From a virus (lineage: Duplodnaviria; Caudoviricetes): a stretch of DNA of 64,000 bases. Made by a program: the position numbers and the translations under genes. The stretch is taken from the IMG/VR virus record IMGVR_UViG_3300029305_003084, one strand, 5' to 3'. How positions within the stretch are numbered: position 1 is the first letter of the stretch; the number at the start of each line of letters is the position of its first letter. This document shows positions 38,565 to 48,834 of this stretch, piece after piece. Under the pieces are notes generated by a model. That model made no database searches, was not told where the DNA came from, and saw only the letters and a list, made by a program, of their open reading frames with translations.

Positions 38565-40556
38565 ATGTATGAATATCTGGATCATTCCGATAGCGTAAAA
38601 GTTATCGGTTCTTTTTCACTAGATAAGAATGCAGATTTTAAAAACTCCGTAAAGCATCTATTTGAGTCTTTCCAGAGCAGTTATCAGGTAGATGCAATTT
38701 CTGATATTACTAAGATTCTAAGAGTTGATGCTCTAAAGGAAGCTTATAAGGAAGAGCTACTACATGACGTTATGGAAAGTAACGTTGATGATGATTACTA
38801 TGCAACTATGCCCGAGAAGCTAGATCAGCTATTTGAGAACTCTTCTCTAGAGCTACTACGCGAGTCTGGTGTTGCTGCACTAGCACCTATCGTTGGTATT
38901 ACTCTACCCATCCTAAAGAAGTCCTACATTGAGGGTCATTCTAAGGATATCGTCATGACTGAGGTTCCTACCAAGCCCATTATTAAGGCTGCTTATGAGC
39001 GTAGATTCCTAAAGGATAGAGATGGTAAGAAGTATTATATCCCTGACGTTTTCTACAATGATTCTTATAAGGCTGTTATGTCCCAGGGTAGAGGTAAGCC
39101 TATCTCTAACAAGTGGTATCCTGATGGTACTGCAGTTACTGCTTTCCCCTTCATGGACCTAAACATCCTAAATGAGTCTGGTGGTACTATTCAGACCAGA
39201 GACACTCTAGCTATGGACTTCTGTGTTCAGGCTGTTAAGATGACTGTTGATGGTGCTGAGCAGACTATCAATGTCAATGTATCTCCCAACATGGCAGCTA
39301 ATAGTTCCTTTACTGCTGAGATCAAGGCTACCAATGCTGCTGGTCAGGAAGTTAAGGATATCCTAACTGGTCAGGTTGACTTCTATCATGGTACTGTTTC
39401 TTGCGGTTCTATGGCTGGTCTAATTACTGCTGTTCAGTTCGGTGGCCATATGTCCAACGAAAATAACAACGAGACTATTGAGCTAGATCGCGAGAGAGAA
39501 CTACTCGAGTGGAAGATTCCTGATGGTGTCCGCATCAATACAGGTCTAACCCTCGAGAAGATTAAGGATTACAAGGCTCTATTTGATTTCGATATTACTA
39601 CTGAGATCATTGCTGATATGTCTACTGTTCTATCTCAGTATGAAGATAGTGAGATCCTAGGCTATCTAAATGATCGTTATGATTACTGGAAGAACCGTAG
39701 TAATGATCTACTACCTTTCGGTTACACTGATGGCTTCACTGAGGAAGCATACTTCTCTTGTGAGCCTCCTGCAAACAAGTATGTCACTCGTTCTATGTAC
39801 ATTGAGACCGAGCTCAAATATGACCTAAACCGTTTCATCGATGAGCTAAAGGTTAAGCTACGTGAACAGGACCTAATGTTTGTTGTTTATGGTCATCCCA
39901 ACAACATCACTTTAATCCAGGATAATGTCCGTTGGATTATTGATGAAGATACTAAGATTGGTGGCATTCAGCTAGACTATCGCTTTGGTGTCATGACTGC
40001 TAACAAGAACCGTATCCACGTTATCTCCACTATGAAGTGTCCTAGAGGCCGTGGTCTACGTGTTGTTGCATATCCTCTAACCAAGGAAATCATCACCTTC
40101 AAGCACTATAAGTACAGTCTAAACATTGAGAATGCATATCGCAATCCTATGACTCCTCTGATTCCCAACGTCATGGGTACTTCTCGTTTCATTACCACTG
40201 ACGTTCTACCTGTTCAGGGTGAGTTCCATATTCTTGACAATAAGTTTGCACTAAATCCTCCTATTGTCCAGAATCCTGAGACTGCAACCCAGGCAGCAAC
40301 TCCTGTTGTCAGCTTAGCTGCAGGTACTTATGAGGGTATGAGAACTGTTACTGTAAGTTCTCCCACTCCCGGTTGCACCTTCTTCTACACTGTAGACGGT
40401 AACGATCCTGCTGTTGGTGCAGGCACTAACGCAGGTACCGGTGTTGTCTACAATGGTGCTATTACTATTTCTAGCTCCTGCACACTTAAGGTTATCGCTG
40501 TCCGTGACGGTTATCTACCCTCTGCAGTTGCATCTGTTGAATATACTATCGAATAA
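38565..40556 (+). CDS. probable major capsid protein with C-terminal Ig-like (FN3-associated/CHB_HEX_C-type) domain
   Basis: Strongest codon bias in window, two late motifs (38426, 38527), head-gene context, TPVVS...YTVDGNDP...TLKVIAVRDG tail. Confidence 0.7.
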   Translation: MYEYLDHSDSVKVIGSFSLDKNADFKNSVKHLFESFQSSYQVDAISDITKILRVDALKEAYKEELLHDVMESNVDDDYYATMPEKLDQLFENSSLELLRESGVAALAPIVGITLPILKKSYIEGHSKDIVMTEVPTKPIIKAAYERRFLKDRDGKKYYIPDVFYNDSYKAVMSQGRGKPISNKWYPDGTAVTAFPFMDLNILNESGGTIQTRDTLAMDFCVQAVKMTVDGAEQTINVNVSPNMAANSSFTAEIKATNAAGQEVKDILTGQVDFYHGTVSCGSMAGLITAVQFGGHMSNENNNETIELDRERELLEWKIPDGVRINTGLTLEKIKDYKALFDFDITTEIIADMSTVLSQYEDSEILGYLNDRYDYWKNRSNDLLPFGYTDGFTEEAYFSCEPPANKYVTRSMYIETELKYDLNRFIDELKVKLREQDLMFVVYGHPNNITLIQDNVRWIIDEDTKIGGIQLDYRFGVMTANKNRIHVISTMKCPRGRGLRVVAYPLTKEIITFKHYKYSLNIENAYRNPMTPLIPNVMGTSRFITTDVLPVQGEFHILDNKFALNPPIVQNPETATQAATPVVSLAAGTYEGMRTVTVSSPTPGCTFFYTVDGNDPAVGAGTNAGTGVVYNGAITISSSCTLKVIAVRDGYLPSAVASVEYTIE

Positions 40557-40621
40557 TATAAACAATATTATAGGTAATGTATCTCACATTAAGATAAGGA
40601 ATCATATTCCGAAACCTCCAT

Positions 40622-40657
40622 TAAAGTGGAAGTACCTTCATAGGTACTTCCACTTTA
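40622..40657 (+). terminator. intrinsic terminator after capsid gene
   Basis: TAAAGTGGAAGTACCT-TCAT-AGGTACTTCCACTTTA then T-run. Confidence 0.8.
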
Positions 40658-40712
40658 TTTTTATGCAATTTAACATTACTGTAATAGTTAATGATGAAAG
40701 GCGTGAAAATAT

Positions 40713-42005
40713 ATGCATGTAAAATCTGAAGATTTTTTATATATTGAAAAATGTATTGCTACTGTAAAATCTGGTATTGATGTAAAATTAAATCTAGATA
40801 AAGTTGCAAATACATTGAATCGTTTATTTGAACTAGAACTAGAGATTGATCTTGTTGAGAATGATATTGGTAGCTTCTTTGGTGTTAATGTGTATCCTGG
40901 TGAAAAGTTACTTAGACATGTTACTGCTAATGTTGTCGGTAATCACTGTAAGACTGAAGAAGTTGTTGCAAAGTGGTATGAAAATAAGCATTGGTACATT
41001 GAGATTGATAGTATTCTATTATCTGAATTTGGACTAAATGCAAGTCCTGCTGAAGTTACTGCATTAATTCTACATGAATTAGCCAATGTCATTTATTTTG
41101 ATAGAATTCCTATCAAATTTGCAAACATTGTTCGTTATAACGTAATTGGTTTGAACTACACACTAAAGACATTAGCAAGAGATGATAAGATTAGAACACT
41201 ATTCTATTTTGCTTTAATTGAAGCATGTACTGCTAAGAACTATAAGCTTGAAACTACATATGGTGACAATGATCCTAATGAGTTTATTTATAAGCATGGT
41301 TATAGACAGAACTATGAAGATTTTGTACATAAGCTGATTAATACATTTGGTAATAGTCTAGTTGATAGATCTGATAAGGAAGTCGATAAGGATATTCGGT
41401 CTATCGTTAACTGGTGTATTACTAATATTAAACAGTTGGAACTAAGAAAGCAGTCTTTACGTTTAGCATTAAAGACTGAAATGCTAAAAACTCCTAGTTA
41501 TTATATTAAAAAAATGACTCAGGATATCTATAGAGGCTTCTTTGGTTCTGCTTTAGATGAATATAGAGTATTACTATCTGAATCTTATCGTGAAGATCCT
41601 AAGGATGTTTATGGTGAGCTAGTTGCTGAGCAGTATTTATCTAATCATGTAAAGAGAATTGTTACTGAATCTGCTAAAAATATCTGGGATAAACGTGGTA
41701 ATTTAAAAAAGATTACCCAGGCAGATATTGATATTTTGTTTGTGGAAGCACAAAAAATTGAATCGGTTGATGATAAAATTTATTTACTCGATAAATTATA
41801 CAGTCAACTAGATATTGTCGAGATTGCACTCGATTATTTAAATAGTGCTGATAGAGAACTATCTTCTAAAGTAACTCAATCTAAAACAACTTTAGAAAGT
41901 TTTAAAAAGCAATTAAATGAAATCAGAAGTACTATTCTAGCTACTAAGATTATTGAAAAGAATTATGGAATTTTTTATCGGACACCTGTAAATTACCAGG
42001 GCTAA
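40713..42005 (+). CDS. probable virion structural protein
   Basis: Late motif at 40672-40683; LSES and VTES motifs. Confidence 0.55.
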   Translation: MHVKSEDFLYIEKCIATVKSGIDVKLNLDKVANTLNRLFELELEIDLVENDIGSFFGVNVYPGEKLLRHVTANVVGNHCKTEEVVAKWYENKHWYIEIDSILLSEFGLNASPAEVTALILHELANVIYFDRIPIKFANIVRYNVIGLNYTLKTLARDDKIRTLFYFALIEACTAKNYKLETTYGDNDPNEFIYKHGYRQNYEDFVHKLINTFGNSLVDRSDKEVDKDIRSIVNWCITNIKQLELRKQSLRLALKTEMLKTPSYYIKKMTQDIYRGFFGSALDEYRVLLSESYREDPKDVYGELVAEQYLSNHVKRIVTESAKNIWDKRGNLKKITQADIDILFVEAQKIESVDDKIYLLDKLYSQLDIVEIALDYLNSADRELSSKVTQSKTTLESFKKQLNEIRSTILATKIIEKNYGIFYRTPVNYQG

Positions 42006-42070
42006 GGGAATCTCGAATATAAACAAAAAAGAAATGGGTAGAAATTATCTACCCATTTCTTTATATATTT

Positions 42071-42472
42071 TTATCTACGTTCACTGTTTAGAAGCAAATT
42101 ATTGATATATTTTACAACCTGAGTATATCCTATTCTAATAATAGGAGGCTTGTTTCTATATCGATGAACGAAGACACAATTATACTCTGTTGTATCAAGT
42201 TTCGCTTCAGACTGAAATCTTCTAAAATTCATTTCTAGCCAACATCCCATATAATTTATTTCTAGTCTATTATATTTATCATAATAAACTAATGCATTAC
42301 CAGTTGAAGATATACGTGATTCACTTAATGCAATATTGATTAATAAATGTACCGTTGGGTCATTTAATACATCATCTTCAATACATTTTAGGTTCATTCT
42401 TAAAGTCCTCAGGATCATATTGGATATGAGTTTTGATAGTCTCCTGTGTGTAACGAATATATTCATCACCAT
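42071..42472 (-). CDS. hypothetical early protein (start uncertain)
   Basis: LVY motif shared with 42378, 42718 and 42978. Confidence 0.5.
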   Translation of the reverse strand: MVMNIFVTHRRLSKLISNMILRTLRMNLKCIEDDVLNDPTVHLLINIALSESRISSTGNALVYYDKYNRLEINYMGCWLEMNFRRFQSEAKLDTTEYNCVFVHRYRNKPPIIRIGYTQVVKYINNLLLNSERR

Positions 42473-42659
42473 TTAAAAATTCAATGAACACTACTTTTGT
42501 ACTAGGCATAATTTCACAATGCATAATTCTACATACATCTTCATAATCATTGACATAATTTACTTTAATTAGATTGAGCTGATCATATACTAAAACCATA
42601 TTATGGTTATTAGTGCGGGCGGAATCTAAGCCAATTCTAATTAACTCGTTGTACTTCAT
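42378..42659 (-). CDS. hypothetical early protein, paralog of 42718
   Basis: VLVYDQ, SxKVV, DGE/NGD...IR motifs. Confidence 0.65.
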   Translation of the reverse strand: MKYNELIRIGLDSARTNNHNMVLVYDQLNLIKVNYVNDYEDVCRIMHCEIMPSTKVVFIEFLNGDEYIRYTQETIKTHIQYDPEDFKNEPKMY

Positions 42660-42717
42660 AATAAAATCCTTTCTTTTAATAAATCATTTACATGATTTCA
42701 ATGTGTATCTTCATATA

Positions 42718-42960
42718 TTAATGAGCATACGATAAGATACTAGAATAACCACGTATGAGCATTACTTCACCATCTTCTTTACATACACCGAGAACTACTT
42801 TTGAATCAAAATCAACCCGTTGTAACATTTGTCTAGCTTCATATGTACTGTCTGGATATTTCACAAATGTGTAATTGCCCTGGTCATATACAAGTACAAG
42901 CTTACATTTCTGATCATAAATTTCTTTTATTACAATATTAATTAACTGACCGTAATCCAT
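42718..42960 (-). CDS. hypothetical early protein
   Basis: AAGGA SD before ATG 42960; LVLVYDQ. Confidence 0.6.
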   Translation of the reverse strand: MDYGQLINIVIKEIYDQKCKLVLVYDQGNYTFVKYPDSTYEARQMLQRVDFDSKVVLGVCKEDGEVMLIRGYSSILSYAH

Positions 42961-42977
42961 AAATAAATCCTTTCTTT

Positions 42978-43253
42978 TTAATGAATCATACAATCGCTTT
43001 CGATATATGCAATGATATCACCAATACCACTGATAATAGTAACATCACCATCTTCTGTATCTAAGGATACAAAAATAGCATGTTTGATGTTAGTATAATA
43101 TGTGATAAAGAAGTATAATTCCATAATATCATCAAATGTTTTTATACCAAGTTCAATATCATTGCTATATACAAAAGCCATTTTGTTTTCAAACTCAAAT
43201 ATTTGAGTTAGTGCATTGGCTAATAGCGGTAGTTCTTCTTTAGAAATTTTCAT
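42978..43253 (-). CDS. hypothetical early protein
   Basis: EDGDVTIISG resembles 42718 EDGEVMLIRG. Confidence 0.6.
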   Translation of the reverse strand: MKISKEELPLLANALTQIFEFENKMAFVYSNDIELGIKTFDDIMELYFFITYYTNIKHAIFVSLDTEDGDVTIISGIGDIIAYIESDCMIH

Positions 43254-44065
43254 TGGTTTACATACTCCTTATTATTTATTAAATACTCACGAATAACATC
43301 TTTATCAGTGAGCATTCTAGTGCCATTAATTAGCAATACGAAATTATAATTATGCTCATCATCTAAGATTTGAAGCATCTCATCAATGGGTCCAGTACAT
43401 TTACAAGTATTGCCTAACCACATATATCCGAGTACATATTCAGGAACACAATCAAGTTCATTTAAGAAACGTACTAATTCAGTTACAACTTCTAAATCAA
43501 AATCAGTAATAGTTTCTTCTTTTTGTTTAGATTTAATAACCGACATATTATATTCATGAATAGCATCTTCAACATTGTAATTGATATCGAGATCTCTTGC
43601 AATGAAGATGTGATACGTTCTATCAGTTGCTATATTTTCATAGTCAAATTCTTCACCATACTTGACATAAGTATAATGACGCATATCATACTTATCAACA
43701 TAGCAATATAATGCAGAAATATTATCATTGATACTATCTCCAAATATAGCATCTGCATTACAGATAAAATTTTCACGACACATAGTAGCAGATTGACTAT
43801 TAAAGATCATAGCATCAATCTTAGTCATCATTTTTTCTTTATTCTCATAGAAAAGTTCGATGAGGTCTAACGCATAATCACCATCAATAGAAATGGAATA
43901 TCCATTTCCAATTGCAGTTATCTGCACTTGATCCGGAGAACTATTGGTAAGATTAATTGCAGATTTAATGGAACCTAGATAATTATCAGGATATCCTCTT
44001 TCACATAAACGATTTTCGATGAAACTGATTTCATCTGCACTAGTAAATTCAATAGTAAACTTCAT
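43250..44065 (-). CDS. hypothetical early protein, paralog of 45558
   Basis: MKFTIEFTS vs MKINFTFTS; IHEYN...KEET vs IDEHN...KEET. Confidence 0.7.
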   Translation of the reverse strand: MKFTIEFTSADEISFIENRLCERGYPDNYLGSIKSAINLTNSSPDQVQITAIGNGYSISIDGDYALDLIELFYENKEKMMTKIDAMIFNSQSATMCRENFICNADAIFGDSINDNISALYCYVDKYDMRHYTYVKYGEEFDYENIATDRTYHIFIARDLDINYNVEDAIHEYNMSVIKSKQKEETITDFDLEVVTELVRFLNELDCVPEYVLGYMWLGNTCKCTGPIDEMLQILDDEHNYNFVLLINGTRMLTDKDVIREYLINNKEYVNQ

Positions 44066-44078
44066 GATAATATCCTCC

Positions 44079-44423
44079 TCAATATTTGAACTTATAGTTC
44101 TTTAAAAATTTAACGGCTTCTCCTCGAGTATAAATGACTCTCAAAGTATCAGTATCTTCATCAGATACAACGAGAATACTTTTTTCGTGTTTGATTGATT
44201 TAAACTTCTCAATAGCCTCATTGACATTATTACTGTTGATTACTACAGGATTTGAATATCCGTCATTATTTTCAACCATAATGACATTGTCGGAAAAACA
44301 ATAGTTATTCCACATCATCATAGCATCAGATACTTGAGTTGCACGTTTGATGACAATTGTGCTTGGTTCTGTTTTTATGTTATAAACGTTTTCGTTTTTT
44401 CTAAAGATGTCCCAAATGTTCAT
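44079..44423 (-). CDS. hypothetical early protein
   Basis: AAGGAG SD. Confidence 0.65.
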   Translation of the reverse strand: MNIWDIFRKNENVYNIKTEPSTIVIKRATQVSDAMMMWNNYCFSDNVIMVENNDGYSNPVVINSNNVNEAIEKFKSIKHEKSILVVSDEDTDTLRVIYTRGEAVKFLKNYKFKY

Positions 44424-44434
44424 GATGTTTCTCC

Positions 44435-44701
44435 TTATGATGGTAATTTAATGTGGTTTATAATACTGGTCCATTTTAATGGGTCAGTATTTACATATAA
44501 ATCAAAAATTGATAAAGATGATATACTATCATCTTTATCAATATCGATTATAAAATTATTTCGTACTCTATGTATAGAAATACCATTAAGTACAAAATCT
44601 TCTGTTTCTGTGAGTTTATATAACTCATTGAATAGTTTTTTCGATGGTCGAAAAACTAATTTATAATTTTTTATATCTGTACTGAAAGTTAAATGTACCA
44701 T
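44435..44701 (-). CDS. hypothetical early protein, paralog of 46564
   Basis: FRPSKKLFNEL...PLKWTSII vs FSPTKELVNEL...PTEWKSIL. Confidence 0.65.
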   Translation of the reverse strand: MVHLTFSTDIKNYKLVFRPSKKLFNELYKLTETEDFVLNGISIHRVRNNFIIDIDKDDSISSLSIFDLYVNTDPLKWTSIINHIKLPS

Positions 44702-44789
44702 ATAAATCCCCCTAATTAAATCATTTATTCTTACTACTATTATAATATATATTTATAATATTAGAATAAACGATTATTGAAGAATCATA

Positions 44790-45458
44790 TTAATATAGTT
44801 CAGTATCAATAATTTCAATAGATATTAATAAATTGTCAGTAATATGAATTCCCCAAATTTGAGAATATTGAGTATCTTCATATTGTAATGTGTAAAATGT
44901 ATCATCAACTTTTAATATACTGGATTTTACATCTTCTGGAGTTTCCCATACATGAGGATGGTATTTTGACATATATTGGTAAAATTCACTAATAGGCATA
45001 TCTGAATAAATACCAGGACGATCATCATCACTATATGTTAAACGATATGGTTGTTCATTTGTCATAATCACACCATATACTTTATCATTATCGGTATACT
45101 CAGAGTTACCAATAACCCAATATATATTTTGACAGTACATTGTATTGTGAATTACAGTAAATCCTGTATTATTAAAGTTTTCAATAATTTCAAAATTATC
45201 ATCTATTTTAAGAAACATATCAACTGTAAACTCATTATAATAATGAGCAGATCTTGTTATTTGATAATAATGATCAAATACATCATTATCCCATCCTTCT
45301 GGTGGTGTAGTACCTTCAAGATATTCAGATGCTTCAATAGTAGGTTCTTCATCTTCTTTTGTTGGAATTTCTCTTTCAATAATAACAATTATTGATACTA
45401 CTAATATTGTAAATCCTATGAGAACTGCAATTCCTATATTTTTTAAATTTTCTTTCAT
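44790..45458 (-). CDS. membrane-anchored early protein
   Basis: N-terminal TM helix; early motif at 45490-45508. Confidence 0.65.
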   Translation of the reverse strand: MKENLKNIGIAVLIGFTILVVSIIVIIEREIPTKEDEEPTIEASEYLEGTTPPEGWDNDVFDHYYQITRSAHYYNEFTVDMFLKIDDNFEIIENFNNTGFTVIHNTMYCQNIYWVIGNSEYTDNDKVYGVIMTNEQPYRLTYSDDDRPGIYSDMPISEFYQYMSKYHPHVWETPEDVKSSILKVDDTFYTLQYEDTQYSQIWGIHITDNLLISIEIIDTELY

Positions 45459-45557
45459 TTGTTAACACTCCATTTCTATTTTGATATAGTTATAATATAT
45501 AATTGAAAATTAAGTTAAAAAAAGAAAGTGGAAAACCACTTTCTTTTTTTGTTTGGA

Positions 45558-46442
45558 TTACTCCTTATTAGCTTCCTTGACGGACTTGTTGTGAATGGAC
45601 ATCCATCGAATGATGTTGTCTACATACCGCATATCATACTTATGGACAAGATCAATCAGCATGATATGATCATGATTGGTAATCTCATTGTACACATCAT
45701 AATTGATCTCATTATCGATGATGGGAATAATAGTGATGTGTTCGGTCTTAATGACCTGATCGTCCTCATTGTCATAATAGCAGAAAGCGGCAATCATATT
45801 CTTGCCACCATTGTATCTCATCTCATCATTACGACGGAATTCAGCTTCCTTGTGCATCCGATGCTCGAGCATTTCGATATCGGTTTCTTCTTTGATCTCA
45901 ACTTTATTGATGGTCTTGTTGTGCTCATCGATAAGGGCTCTGATCTCATCGATATCATCAGAGATCATACCAGCTCGATCACACAGGACAGCTTCCAGGA
46001 TCTCATCGTCGTAGATGATGAACTCATAACCAGTATGGACGTATCTGGTTTCCATACCACTAGTATAGGTACAGAAAATATATTCCACACCATCAAGTTC
46101 ATTTTCTGCAAACTGCTTCTTGCAGTTGTTGATCATCATGGTTCTGTGAGTGATATTCTTTTTCATCAGCTCAACATAACCTTCAATAGTGTCCTTGAAC
46201 ATGTGATAGATCATCTTAGCGGTACCGATCTTACTTTCACAGAATCGGATAAGCTTAGTGATGATAGTATCATCAATGGTGACGATGCCACCATTAGGTA
46301 AGTCAACAATAGATACCTGGTCACAGATATCGTTGATCTCAGTCTTGGACTTAGCGAACACGTCGCCTTCAAAACCACAAGCTTCAGCAAAGCTGTTGAT
46401 TGCGTTCTTCTCCTTAGAGGTAAAGGTAAAGTTGATCTTCAT
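45558..46442 (-). CDS. hypothetical early protein with GC-richer codon usage
   Basis: AAGGAG SD, early promoter 46521-46562, many ATC/AAC/GAG/CTG codons. Confidence 0.75.
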   Translation of the reverse strand: MKINFTFTSKEKNAINSFAEACGFEGDVFAKSKTEINDICDQVSIVDLPNGGIVTIDDTIITKLIRFCESKIGTAKMIYHMFKDTIEGYVELMKKNITHRTMMINNCKKQFAENELDGVEYIFCTYTSGMETRYVHTGYEFIIYDDEILEAVLCDRAGMISDDIDEIRALIDEHNKTINKVEIKEETDIEMLEHRMHKEAEFRRNDEMRYNGGKNMIAAFCYYDNEDDQVIKTEHITIIPIIDNEINYDVYNEITNHDHIMLIDLVHKYDMRYVDNIIRWMSIHNKSVKEANKE

Positions 46443-46563
46443 GATGTTTTCTCCTTTTGATACTTTTTTGAAATTTGATTGAGAAGGATCATAGAAAAAT
46501 ATTCTAATATTTCCTTCTTATTACTATTATAATATATATTTGAAAGTGTTGACTTTACGATTT

Positions 46564-46812
46564 TTATACCATGACATATAAATATCGTAAAATACTTTTC
46601 CATTCAGTTGGATTTAATTCTGAATATAGCTTCATGAGCATATCCGTAGCTAAATCATCATTGATTATTACAGTATACTCTTTTCCTTTCTTTTTAACCA
46701 TGATTGGACCGTTATCCCAATCTCCTATTTCTAAAGCTTCTTCTAGTTCATTTACCAACTCTTTTGTTGGTGAAAATAAATATGTGAATTCATTTGTTAT
46801 TAGGTTTATCAT
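46564..46812 (-). CDS. hypothetical early protein
   Basis: GGAG SD; paralog of 44435. Confidence 0.6.
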   Translation of the reverse strand: MINLITNEFTYLFSPTKELVNELEEALEIGDWDNGPIMVKKKGKEYTVIINDDLATDMLMKLYSELNPTEWKSILRYLYVMV

Positions 46813-46837
46813 TTTATATCATCTCCAATTTATGTTG

Positions 46838-47083
46838 TTAATCGTTGTCTGTTACAAAAGCACCATTTACAATTGCTTTAAACAAAGCTGCGGTATGTTT
46901 ATTTGCATTATCCACACTTTGATTCAATAGATTGTGATACTTCTTTTCAAATTCTTTTGCTTCTTCTAGTTCATGACGAAGTCTTCTGTTTTCATATACG
47001 ATGTCTGCCATGCCGAGAATCATTTCTTCGACTCTAAATCGTCGTTCCTCAGCAGCAATTTGTCTAAGTTCAGATATATCCAT
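46838..47083 (-). CDS. hypothetical coiled-coil protein
   Basis: AAGGAG SD; heptad-like pattern. Confidence 0.6.
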   Translation of the reverse strand: MDISELRQIAAEERRFRVEEMILGMADIVYENRRLRHELEEAKEFEKKYHNLLNQSVDNANKHTAALFKAIVNGAFVTDND

Positions 47084-47486
47084 ATTATTGCTCCTTAAGT
47101 TATAATAATAATAATGTTATCAATGATTTGATAAAGTCTTTTCAAATTCTGACTCAGTATTATCGATAAAGAAACATATACACTTATTGCAACAGAATCT
47201 TTCATTTATATCTTGTATTGTAGGATCATCAAAAAGATTTACTTTATATTTCACGCTTTTGTCTGTCCCACAAAAATAACATAGAACTTCCTTCCTTCCT
47301 TTTCTCTCTATCAATTAATTCAAATCTCATATAATATACCTCTATTTTTATTTATATACATATAAGCGTATAAGTTTTGTATATACTTTCTTTCCAAAGA
47401 AATAATATTGATGCCAACATCCAACGAAATTATCTTCAATTCTTTTTTCAAAAATTTTCATATTTATTACCTCATAAAATATGTAC

Positions 47487-48077
47487 TTATGGTTCAATGG
47501 GATGAGAATTATATTCAGTTTCCCATTTAGTTCCATAGAAATTCAATCCTTCAATCATAAATCGAGAAATTTCATCTAGGATCTCATCAGGAGTTTCGCG
47601 AATAAATCTATCCATATTTACAGTGGTTCTGTCATGATTATATTCATCAATAAACTCCATAATTTCCTTAACAGTGATATCACTTCTTTGAATTTTATAA
47701 AAATCAGGATACCATCTATCAGAAAACATTCCAAAAGAATAGTCTGTGGCATACATGCCACTCATCATGGGAACACGATAGCCGTGACTATAGACAATTT
47801 CTTCAATACCTTTATGTTTTTCAGTTGGTGCAAAATCAGATACAGTAATGCTCGCATTTTCATACTCCGAAAAGTCACAAGCGTACATCATATAAGAAGT
47901 TTTATTTTTATCAAATAAATTCTTCTCGATATCTGCACCAATTAAGGTTGCATTTCCACAACCTGCACAGATTAAGAGTAAGTTTTTATTATTATCTAAA
48001 GCTTTCATTAATACGGTATTATCTACCATATGGATTCTTCCACACTTGCAAATTCTCATATCATACTTAGTTTTCAT
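47487..48077 (-). CDS. Zn-binding hypothetical protein
   Basis: CKCGRIH...CAGCG. Confidence 0.65.
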   Translation of the reverse strand: MKTKYDMRICKCGRIHMVDNTVLMKALDNNKNLLLICAGCGNATLIGADIEKNLFDKNKTSYMMYACDFSEYENASITVSDFAPTEKHKGIEEIVYSHGYRVPMMSGMYATDYSFGMFSDRWYPDFYKIQRSDITVKEIMEFIDEYNHDRTTVNMDRFIRETPDEILDEISRFMIEGLNFYGTKWETEYNSHPIEP

Positions 48078-48083
48078 ATTAAA

Positions 48084-48404
48084 TTACTCCTTATTACTAT
48101 TATCATTTTTATGTTTTTCGAGCATATCAAACACCTTACAGTCTAAGTTATTGTAAAGAGTTAATAGTATTCTTGCATCACTTAAATTCATGTCAACAAG
48201 AGATTTTAACGCATCAGAGTGATAACTATCGCGAGAAACTTTCTTCACATGATCTATACAAGTACTATAATACTCACCAATGATGTTTGCAGCAAAACAC
48301 ATAGCTTTATATCCTTCATGTGTTGTATAATTATAATGCTTACAGCATGTTGCAAACTGCTCATATGTAATGTGATTCATTACTATACCCCCAAATAAGA
48401 TCAT
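48084..48404 (-). CDS. hypothetical protein
   Basis: In minus-strand early operon. Confidence 0.5.
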   Translation of the reverse strand: MILFGGIVMNHITYEQFATCCKHYNYTTHEGYKAMCFAANIIGEYYSTCIDHVKKVSRDSYHSDALKSLVDMNLSDARILLTLYNNLDCKVFDMLEKHKNDNSNKE

Positions 48405-48586
48405 CTTTTTAATTTTTTAACAACTTCAATTGAGTCATGTTTATAATTTCCACCATGACCATATTCAAAATGATTTTGACAATACTCTTGGCCTTTTATG
48501 ATAGCATCATGTTTATTTTCTGCCTCAATTTCAAATTCCTTCCATCCAGAAAAATATCCTTCGATTCTCATAAGATATTTATTCAT
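48401..48586 (-). CDS. hypothetical protein
   Basis: GAGG SD; EIEAENKHDAI motif. Confidence 0.55.
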   Translation of the reverse strand: MNKYLMRIEGYFSGWKEFEIEAENKHDAIIKGQEYCQNHFEYGHGGNYKHDSIEVVKKLKR

Positions 48587-48597
48587 AATATTACCTC

Positions 48598-48810
48598 TTA
48601 AGTTACAAAAATAATTTTACGTTTATTGTAATCTGCTATTTCACTAGTATCGCTATGATCGACTAAAATTTCAACAACGAACCATCCTCTATTAATATCT
48701 GACCAATTTTTTAAATCTTTAGCCTTACCTTGCCAAAGAATACGATTATCGAGATAAGTCTTCACGATAATATTTTCATAAATAATATTTGCAACATTTT
48801 TGAGATACAT
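48598..48810 (-). CDS. hypothetical protein
   Basis: GAGGAGG SD. Confidence 0.55.
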   Translation of the reverse strand: MYLKNVANIIYENIIVKTYLDNRILWQGKAKDLKNWSDINRGWFVVEILVDHSDTSEIADYNKRKIIFVT

Positions 48811-48834
48811 GATATATTCCTCCTCTTTATAACC

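Noticed and set aside
41050-41095. ILHELAN in protein 40713 as a metalloprotease site
   Set aside because: Second His of HExxH is missing
45528-46301. 257-aa plus-strand ORF
   Set aside because: Antisense shadow of codon-biased gene 45558-46442; no SD; similar shadows at 1422, 10370, 37185, 51944 and 56888 were also ignored
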